This document shows positions 29,745 to 36,761 of a stretch of DNA of 43,618 bases, in pieces; within the stretch, counting starts at the first letter, position 1, and each line of letters begins with the position of its first letter. The translations under genes and the position numbers were made by a program. A model generated the notes under the pieces. The model made no database searches and had not been told where the DNA came from. It was given only the letters and a program-made list of their open reading frames with translations. The stretch spans positions 1 to 43,618 of the forward strand of contig JAPFDH010000081.1 of the NCBI GenBank assembly GCA_026169045.1, given 5' to 3'. Source of the stretch: Lachnospiraceae bacterium (GTDB taxonomy: Bacteria; Bacillota; Clostridia; Lachnospirales; Lachnospiraceae).

Positions 29745-29842
29745 TAAAGGCACCTACAGCAAAGTTGAATGAATAAGAGGTTTAAGCAAATGAGAATTAT
29801 CATTTTACGCGGGTTCGAATCCCACTTTAATGGTGCCTTGTG
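29745..29842 (+). ncRNA. Candidate Y-RNA-like (YrlA-type) ncRNA 2 with tRNA-like T-arm
   Basis: AAGGCACC (29747-54) pairs with GGTGCCTT (29832-39). The UA dinucleotide and ACAGCAAAG motif follow the 5' strand. Perfect tRNA T-loop GCGGGTTCGAATCCCAC at 29809-29825. Sits immediately upstream of the Ro60-like gene. Confidence 0.45.
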
Positions 29843-29872
29843 TTTATGTACTATGGAAAAGGAGAGACGCCT

Positions 29873-31363
29873 ATGCTGAATTTATTAAAACAGGAAGCAA
29901 ATATGACATTTACAGAAAATGGTGCTGTTACATACGAAACCAGCGGTTCCGATTGTATGGATTTATTTGCATCCATTGGTGCACTCAGACGAGAAAGCGA
30001 TGATGAAATAATTGCTCGTTTTGTTCGTGCATATACAGAAAATGCAGATATGGCAATGAAGCTTCTTTTCTTTGCCCGGGACATTAGAGGCGGATTAGGT
30101 GAGCGACGTGTGTTTCGTACCATTCTTACATGGCTTGCTGAAAATAAACCGGATTCCGTAAAAAAGAATATGTATTATGTCGCAGAGTATGGTCGCTATG
30201 ATGATTTGTTGGTTCTTCTGGATACGCCCTGTGAGAAAGAAATGCTTTCCATACTTCAAACGCAGTTTGAAAAAGACATGGAAGCGGTTGGAAAGAATGA
30301 AACGGTATCCCTATTGGCAAAGTGGTTGCCGTCAGTAAACGCATCCAATCAACAGACGATTCGAAAGGCAAAAAAAATTGCAAAGGCATTTGGTATGACG
30401 GATGCCGTTTACCGAAAAGCAATTACAGCACTTCGGGCAAGAATACATATTATCGAGAATAATCTTCGCCAAAAGGATTATTCTTTCGATTATGAGAAAC
30501 AGCCGTCCCGGGCGATGTTTAAATATAGGAAAGCATTCTTAAGAAATGATCGGGAAAGATATAGCGAATTTCTTACAAAAGTCAGTTCGGGTGAAGCAAA
30601 ACTCCATACTGACAATATATCTCCATATGAATTGGTTGAGCCATATCTGATAACCGATTGGGATTGGAATTCATCATCTTTTATGCGTGGCATTTCTCCG
30701 GAAGAGAAAGCTGCTTTGAATGCAACATGGAATGCGTTGCCGGATTTCGGAAGCAAAGAGGATGCGATTGCAATTATTGATACATCAGGGTCCATGTATT
30801 GTGACAGCAAGCCAATTCCGGCCGCTATTGCATTATCATTGGGATTATATTTTGCAGAACACAATAAAGGAAGGTTTAGAAATCATTTTATTGAGTTTTC
30901 AGCAAGGCCACAGTTGCTTGAAATAAAAGGTGAAACTTTTGCAGACCGTCTTCGTTACATAACAACATTTAATGAGATGGCAGATACAAATCTTGAAGCG
31001 GTATTTGATCTGATTCTGAACGCAGCCGTGAAGAATAGAATCCGTCAGGATGAAATGCCTGCTAAACTAATTATTCTTTCTGATATGGAGTTTAATTCCT
31101 GTGTGAAAAATGCTTCAGAAAGCAATTTTAATAGTGCAAAGAAAAAGTACACTGCGAAAGGGTATAAGCTTCCGGAAATCATTTTTTGGAACGTTGCCAG
31201 CAGAAACAGACAACAGCCGGTAACCATGAATGAGCAAGGTGTTGTACTGGTTTCTGGTGTGACACCGAGAATTTTTGAGATGGTTGCCGGAGGTAAGCTT
31301 TCTCCATATGCGTTTATGTTGGAAGTATTGGAAAGTGAGCGCTATGCTAAGATAGCAGCATAG
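29873..31363 (+). CDS. Ro60-like protein: TROVE/DUF2828-like N-terminal region plus C-terminal von Willebrand A domain with intact MIDAS
   Basis: MIDAS DTSGSM (IAIIDTSGSMY) with downstream T and LIILSD. N-terminus NGAVTYETSGSDCMDLFASIGAL, FARDIRGGLGERR. Start ATG 29873 after AAAAGGAGAG. Confidence 0.55.
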   Translation: MLNLLKQEANMTFTENGAVTYETSGSDCMDLFASIGALRRESDDEIIARFVRAYTENADMAMKLLFFARDIRGGLGERRVFRTILTWLAENKPDSVKKNMYYVAEYGRYDDLLVLLDTPCEKEMLSILQTQFEKDMEAVGKNETVSLLAKWLPSVNASNQQTIRKAKKIAKAFGMTDAVYRKAITALRARIHIIENNLRQKDYSFDYEKQPSRAMFKYRKAFLRNDRERYSEFLTKVSSGEAKLHTDNISPYELVEPYLITDWDWNSSSFMRGISPEEKAALNATWNALPDFGSKEDAIAIIDTSGSMYCDSKPIPAAIALSLGLYFAEHNKGRFRNHFIEFSARPQLLEIKGETFADRLRYITTFNEMADTNLEAVFDLILNAAVKNRIRQDEMPAKLIILSDMEFNSCVKNASESNFNSAKKKYTAKGYKLPEIIFWNVASRNRQQPVTMNEQGVVLVSGVTPRIFEMVAGGKLSPYAFMLEVLESERYAKIAA

Positions 31364-31403
31364 TGCTCCTAAAAAGGAGCCTCAAAAGGGGAAGGGTGAA
31401 ACG

Positions 31404-32681
31404 ATGATAGAGATAAAAGGAAAGAGGAATACTGCAATCTGTTATACAAACGTAATAGATGATGGAGCAATCGAACAAATCCGAAGAATGTGTGATTATA
31501 ATTTGACAGAAGGAAGTCGGGTAAGAATTATGCCGGATGTACATTCTGGAAAGGGGTGTACCATCGGTACTACTATGACGGTCGTGGATAAGGTTTGCCC
31601 CAATATTGTAGGAGTTGATATAGGATGTGGTATGTATACGGTTAAGCTGGAGGACAAAAAGCTTGACTTTGAACGACTCGATGAAGTATGTCATTACATT
31701 CCGTCTGGAATGAATGTCTGGGACGGCAGAATGGAACGATTTGATCTGACAGCTCTTCGCTGTTATCGGTCTTTGAAAGACACACGAAGATTGGAACGTT
31801 CATTGGGAACGTTAGGCGGAGGAAATCATTTTATTGAGGTGGATAAGGACTCGGATGGAAACTTATACCTTATCATCCATTCCGGAAGCAGAAATCTGGG
31901 AAAACAGGTAGCAGAAATTTACCAACAGCTTGCGATCGATCTTCATACTGGTAAGGAGGATTATTTTTCCAGACGTGATGCAATTATCTGTTCTTTTAAA
32001 GCAGAAGGACGACGATCTGAGATACAAAATGCATTGAAAGAGCTGGAAAAAGAGTATACGTCACAAGTACCGGATGTCCCGGAAGATCTTTGCTGGTTAT
32101 ATGGTTCCTTTTTAGAGGATTATCTTCATGATGTGGGAATTTGTCAGAGATTTGCCAGAAGAAACAGAGAACGCATGGCAGAAATTATAGTAGAACGAAC
32201 CGGAATGAGGGATGCAGAGGCGTTTCATACGGTTCATAACTATATTGATACAAAGGAAAGGATTCTTCGAAAAGGTGCTATTGCAGCCCATATCGGAGAA
32301 AAGGTATTGATTCCAATTAATATGCGTGATGGTTCTATTCTTGCTGTAGGAAAAGGAAATCCTGAATGGAATTATTCCGCGCCCCATGGAGCCGGACGAG
32401 TTATGTCAAGATCAATGGCTAAACAAACCATAAATATGGATACATATCGGGAATCGATGAAAGGTATCTATACAACATCAGTAAATGAAAGTACTATTGA
32501 TGAATCTCCAATGGTTTATAAATCATTGGAAGATATTATTGATGTTATTGGCGAATCGGTAGAAATCATTGATATGATCAAGCCCATATACAATTTCAAA
32601 GCGGCAGATGATGATTCTACATGGAGGAAAAGAAAACGGTTGACTGGGGAGAACGAAATGGGGCCGTTGCAAAATAGATGA
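31404..32681 (+). CDS. rtcB: RtcB-family RNA 3'-phosphate/2',3'-cyclic phosphate ligase
   Basis: RtcB metal/GTP-site motifs GGGNHFIEV, PDVHSGKGC and SAPHGAGR. SD GGGGAAGGGTG. Confidence 0.85.
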   Translation: MIEIKGKRNTAICYTNVIDDGAIEQIRRMCDYNLTEGSRVRIMPDVHSGKGCTIGTTMTVVDKVCPNIVGVDIGCGMYTVKLEDKKLDFERLDEVCHYIPSGMNVWDGRMERFDLTALRCYRSLKDTRRLERSLGTLGGGNHFIEVDKDSDGNLYLIIHSGSRNLGKQVAEIYQQLAIDLHTGKEDYFSRRDAIICSFKAEGRRSEIQNALKELEKEYTSQVPDVPEDLCWLYGSFLEDYLHDVGICQRFARRNRERMAEIIVERTGMRDAEAFHTVHNYIDTKERILRKGAIAAHIGEKVLIPINMRDGSILAVGKGNPEWNYSAPHGAGRVMSRSMAKQTINMDTYRESMKGIYTTSVNESTIDESPMVYKSLEDIIDVIGESVEIIDMIKPIYNFKAADDDSTWRKRKRLTGENEMGPLQNR

Positions 32682-32730
32682 GTAATCATCTATGGAGCAA
32701 CGGCCCCATCGGCATCTTCCCTTTTTTCAA

Positions 32731-33237
32731 TTACATATTCCAATATTTTTTTGCTTCGTCTTCAAAAACTTTCTCAGCGTGATAATCACCATTATAGTGG
32801 GCTGTTCTGGATGCTTCATAATATTCCCGTGCCTTTTCCTTTTTCCAGTCCCACTGTCGTGCCCGTTCTGCTTCTTCCCGTTTTCGCTTTTGATTTTGAT
32901 ACATCATTTCTTGTACGATACAGTCTCGTATTAAAGCTTTTTTCTGCGCTTTTTCCTTTTTAATATCTTCTTTGGTGGGCTGCGGTGTGAAAAGGTTATC
33001 GTATTCTTCTTTTTCCACGACACTGCGAACCCATCGCATAGTCATATAGGCAGAAAGAGAAAATAAAATGATATCACCGACTTTTGTATGTAATAAAAAA
33101 TTATTTAAAAAGTAGATATTTGATGTAATTAGTCCTAGTATGGTACACAATATCAGAAATACAATGATAAATCGCCATATGAATTTTATTGGATGACATA
33201 TGGATGATAGTATTAAAGATTTACGATACCCGTACAT
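32731..33237 (-). CDS. Small membrane protein, paralog A (3 TM plus charged aromatic-rich C-terminal tail ending KYWNM)
   Basis: Start ATG (minus strand) at 33237 after GGAGGTG. Aligns along its length with the 34136..34630 product (ICHPI, WxRxVVExxEMY/EY, MMY, R.AHY.GD, KW.NM). Confidence 0.6.
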   Translation of the reverse strand: MYGYRKSLILSSICHPIKFIWRFIIVFLILCTILGLITSNIYFLNNFLLHTKVGDIILFSLSAYMTMRWVRSVVEKEEYDNLFTPQPTKEDIKKEKAQKKALIRDCIVQEMMYQNQKRKREEAERARQWDWKKEKAREYYEASRTAHYNGDYHAEKVFEDEAKKYWNM

Positions 33238-33535
33238 AATAACACCTCCGAATATATAGTTTGCACAATCTTTGATAAATAAGTGATCCAAATGTAATAA
33301 TAAGATATCTGGAGTATACAGTCAATACCGTGAAGATACTACATAGGAATCAATTATTTTTTATGACATGCATACGTTACATTGTCGAATAAAAACCATA
33401 TAGAATAATTGAAATGTACATGAAACAATCATAGAAGAATTTAAAGAAGCGATTATAAATACATTTATTTCAAAAAGAAGATAAAAGTAGTATAATAGAA
33501 TCAACGTCATGTTGAACTTTTGGGAGAGGATTTTA

Positions 33536-33877
33536 ATGAATAAATGTAAATATTGTGGTAAAAAGATATATGATGATTCTTTTTTCTGTTGTAATCAATG
33601 TGAAATCAATTATAAAGAAATAACTAGAAAAGATAATCGTAATATTGGATATTTTATAGCTGGAATTATTATTGGTTTTTTGATTATGTTTTGCGGTGTT
33701 TTATTCAATAACAATTTTGTGATAGGGATAGGGATTATGTTAATGGGTAGTATCATCCTTTTACTGCCTTTTACTACTCCTGAAACAATTGCTTTTTTAG
33801 GATATTATAAGTCAAAAATTATAGGAAGAATACTGGGGATATTGATGATTGTAGTTGGAATATGGGTAATTTTATAG
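33536..33877 (+). CDS. Zinc-ribbon (CxxC...CxxC) small membrane protein
   Basis: CKYCGKK...CCNQCE followed by two or three TM helices. SD GGGAGAGGA. Confidence 0.55.
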   Translation: MNKCKYCGKKIYDDSFFCCNQCEINYKEITRKDNRNIGYFIAGIIIGFLIMFCGVLFNNNFVIGIGIMLMGSIILLLPFTTPETIAFLGYYKSKIIGRILGILMIVVGIWVIL

Positions 33878-33888
33878 AACTCATAATA

Positions 33889-33918
33889 TTGACAATATCA
33901 GTATTTGTACATATAATA
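33889..33918 (+). promoter_or_regulatory. Consensus sigma-A promoter (TTGACA, 18 nt spacer, TATAAT)
   Basis: Perfect hexamers. The ATG at 33927 lies about 8 nt after the -10 element, so the transcript would be leaderless. Confidence 0.55.
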
Positions 33919-33926
33919 TACCACGA

Positions 33927-34064
33927 ATGAAAAGAACGGGAAGAAAAAGGAAAGGAGTATCTGTTATACCTGTATGTGTAGTCGCGATAGCGCTTGTGGT
34001 TTGTGAAGTATCGCAGAGGATGATAGTGTTGCGAATTGAGATAATATTGTTCTACTGCCGGTAG
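33927..34064 (+). CDS. Possible leaderless micro-ORF (45 aa; basic N-terminus plus one TM) in the 5' leader of 34136..34630
   Basis: MKRTGRKRKGVSVIPVCVVAIALVVCEVSQRMIVLRIEIILFYCR. No SD, but starts at the predicted TSS. Speculative. Confidence 0.2.
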   Translation: MKRTGRKRKGVSVIPVCVVAIALVVCEVSQRMIVLRIEIILFYCR

Positions 34065-34135
34065 CGGATACACTTACATGAATAAGCAGGTGCCGAAGGG
34101 GTCACATGGGATAGTACATATATGGAGGTGATTTC

Positions 34136-34630
34136 ATGCGCTGGCATAGACAGTCTATACTCGTTTCAACAATCTGTCATCCTATAACATCGTTGCTTCG
34201 TTTTGGTATGGCATACTTTATATTTTTGATAATTATCACAGTGCTCTCACGGTTTATACCTTTCTTTGCTGTATTTATATATACAAAAATAGGTACGACG
34301 ATACATATAGTACTTTCTATCGTTGTAGGAATGTTATGGGCGAGAAAAGTTGTAGAAGACAAAGAGATGTATGGTTATAATGATTATAAACCATCACCTG
34401 AGTTGAAAGAACAGTGGCGGCGAGAGAATCAAAGAATGTTTAATGAACATATGATGTATAAGGAAATGGAACGAAGAGCGAAAGAGGAAGAAGCTGCAAG
34501 ACAAAGACAACAGTACTACGATAACCTCGCACAATCTGCGTATTGGAAGTCGCGAGATGCTCATTATCGTGGAGACTCTGCTTCTGAAAACTACTATCAC
34601 GATGAGTATCGAAAATGGAAAAATATGTAG
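34136..34630 (+). CDS. Small membrane protein, paralog B (same family as 32731..33237)
   Basis: SD GGAGGTG. Paralogous to the divergent upstream gene. Confidence 0.6.
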   Translation: MRWHRQSILVSTICHPITSLLRFGMAYFIFLIIITVLSRFIPFFAVFIYTKIGTTIHIVLSIVVGMLWARKVVEDKEMYGYNDYKPSPELKEQWRRENQRMFNEHMMYKEMERRAKEEEAARQRQQYYDNLAQSAYWKSRDAHYRGDSASENYYHDEYRKWKNM

Positions 34631-34668
34631 AAGAAAAAAGGAAATGCTGACTTGGAAAGGTATTTACT

Positions 34669-34690
34669 GTGTAGCAACTACACTATTTTT
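34669..34690 (+). terminator. Rho-independent terminator
   Basis: GTGTAG-CAA-CTACAC plus TATTTTT. A second hairpin GGCAGTACTCT...AGAGTATTGCC lies near 34720-34750. Confidence 0.5.
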
Positions 34691-34852
34691 GAAAGAACTT
34701 TGATATAAAAGAACGTAAGCGGCAGTACTCTTAAACAGAGTATTGCCGTTTGCAGCATATGGATAAATAGATTTCTAAGTAAATATCTATGCGTTATAAA
34801 GTGACGAAAGACGCTGAAAACAGTTACTCATTATTTCGTATGTTGAAAATAA

Positions 34853-35014
34853 TGTCGCCACACCTATTGTTCCAATATGGCAAAAAGTGGTATAACCCCA
34901 AAAAATTTGCAGTATCTTATGGGTCATGCTGATGTAGGAATGACCTTAAATATTTGTACATATCTGGGATATGAGGATGTGAAAGAAGAGGTAAGAAAAA
35001 TATGTAATCTCTGA
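34853..35014 (+). pseudogene. 3' remnant of a Tn916-family tyrosine integrase (C-terminal 54 codons only)
   Basis: Translation CRHTYCSNMAKSGITPKNLQYLMGHADVGMTLNICTYLGYEDVKEEV matches the C-terminus of the intact integrase at 42056..43297 (CRHTFCSNMAKSGMNPKTLQYIMGHSDISVTLNVYTHVGFEDAEKEM). No upstream continuation. Confidence 0.75.
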
Positions 35015-35185
35015 AGTATGAAAATGTATTACTGGAATTTACTACTTACTGAGATAAATTTATTACTTTTTTACTACTTTTGAGGTCAAAGATATGCTAA
35101 AATATGCCAGAGAAATAAAAAAACAAAAAAGCTGAAAATCCTTTAAAAATCAAGGAAATACGCAGAAAATAAGGAGTTTTTGGAT

Positions 35186-35221
35186 ATGATAAAAATACTT
35201 TTTGTGTGCCACGGCAGGTGA
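35186..35221 (+). other. Truncated mini-ORF MIKILFVCHGR* (N-terminus of an LMW-PTP/ArsC-like protein) inside the left att-like unit
   Basis: SD AAGGAG plus ATG. Near-identical mini-ORF MIKVLFVCHGTL* at 43458-43496 in the right att-like unit. Confidence 0.5.
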
Positions 35222-35277
35222 TGCATTGAGCACTGCAAACTCTTTAAAATCAAGGATTTTTTAAAATACGACTTGAA

Positions 35278-35297
35278 TTTACGACACTTTTACGACA
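35278..35297 (+). repeat. Arm-type direct repeats (TTTACGACA x2), left arm
   Basis: GAATTTACGACACTTTTACGACAGAT. Matches GAATTTACGACAGAATTTACGACAGAT at 43308-43328 and degenerate TTTACTAC copies at 35036-35085. Confidence 0.55.
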
Positions 35298-35336
35298 GAT
35301 AAAGCCAGGCTATGATAAACGTGTTATATTATAACA

Positions 35337-36296
35337 ATGTGGGGGGGGAGTATTACGAAGATTGAAGATTTAGTGATAAAAATGCCAACAGAGGAAATCG
35401 ATGAAAAGGATTGGAATCTTGAAGAATGGAAACAAAAGTATCCGATGGATTACTATAAAGCTTTGCGAATTTTGTCAGAAGCGAGTAACGGAGTTGTTGC
35501 TACAGAGATTTTTAAAGCTATATACCAAATAACACGTTTGCATGTACCTGATGTTTTGTTCAAATATTATTCATTGTCAAATGATGAGGAATTAAATAAG
35601 AAAAAATTTCAAACCTTAAGTGAGGGAAAACTTTTTATGTCAGAGATTAAGGATTTTAACGATCCATTTGATGGTAAAAGTTTTTTCTACAATCCAAAAA
35701 GATTGGAAGATATCGATAGGTTACGTGTTCATAAAGGAAGATTGATAGATGATTTTACTGTGTTTATAAGGGGAACATGTTTTACAGCTAATGGAGTTCA
35801 GTCAATGCCGATGTGGGCTCATTATGCCAACAATCATAAAGGTTTTTGTGTTTCTTATGATGTAAAAGAAAATTTGGGACTCAAAAGTAATATATTCCCG
35901 ATACAATATACAGAAGAAAGGCTAGACGTAACTGCATTGATGCGTAAGCATGCAGAATTAATTTGCGATAAAATTGATGAAAATATACGACGAGGAGAAA
36001 AGATAACGCAATATGATGATTTGACAATAATTTATATGGCATTATTACTATATAATGTTAAGCATATATCGTGGAATTATGAGAATGAATTCAGATATTT
36101 TGTGCCATCAAATGCAAGTGGGATTCCATATGCTAAAGCGATTCCTAGAGCAATTTACATAGGAATGAATTGCGAGGAAAGACACAAAAAAGCACTAGAA
36201 GATATAGCAGACTATTGGGATGTTCCTTTGTATCAAATGGGAATGGATGAATGTTCAGAAAAATATGAATTAGTTGCAACTAGAATGCGGAGCTGA
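35337..36296 (+). CDS. DUF2971-family protein
   Basis: LFKYYSL...LSEGKLFMSEIKDFNDPFDG matches the DUF2971 core (KY.SL...fNDPfE). Start codon uncertain (G-rich SD GGGGGGGGAG with no nearby ATG; possibly GTG 35376 or ATG 35382). Confidence 0.55.
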   Translation: MWGGSITKIEDLVIKMPTEEIDEKDWNLEEWKQKYPMDYYKALRILSEASNGVVATEIFKAIYQITRLHVPDVLFKYYSLSNDEELNKKKFQTLSEGKLFMSEIKDFNDPFDGKSFFYNPKRLEDIDRLRVHKGRLIDDFTVFIRGTCFTANGVQSMPMWAHYANNHKGFCVSYDVKENLGLKSNIFPIQYTEERLDVTALMRKHAELICDKIDENIRRGEKITQYDDLTIIYMALLLYNVKHISWNYENEFRYFVPSNASGIPYAKAIPRAIYIGMNCEERHKKALEDIADYWDVPLYQMGMDECSEKYELVATRMRS

Positions 36297-36761
36297 TAGC
36301 GTAGAATGTAACATAAAAAATACGGTACGTGATGCAAGTTTAGAAGCTACATTATACGAGCATCAGAAAAAGATTAAGTGCATCGAAAAAATATACTTGT
36401 AATCATTTCTAAAGACATACTATATACAGGAAGCGTATTATTATATGAAATAGAAGAAGCCCTTGATGTTTAGGAAATGTGTTTTCCTATTGTATATCCG
36501 GAATCTAGTTTTAGGTGATCATCTTTGGCATTATCTGGTTGATGTGAATGAACAGGCACTAGCAAGATTGAATATGCTCGTGAAACTGATACAGGAAGTA
36601 GAGTGTATGATGGAAATTAAAGGTCATTGGTAATAGATTTGAAGGATGAAAAATATTTGTAACAGGCTGGAAGAAATTGTGATAATATTTTTTACACAAG
36701 GGAATGAAAGTAATAAACGATTTATGGGGCTACAAAACTACGTTAAAAGAAATAGAGGAAA

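Noticed and set aside
29809-29842. GGTTCGAATCC T-loop considered as part of a genuine tRNA or tRNA-gene 3' fragment
   Set aside because: No cloverleaf can be built. There is no D-arm or anticodon arm in the right register. The T-stem has a C:A mismatch. Six nucleotides separate it from the closing helix. This is more consistent with a Y-RNA-type tRNA-like module. A tRNA-derived att remnant cannot be fully excluded.
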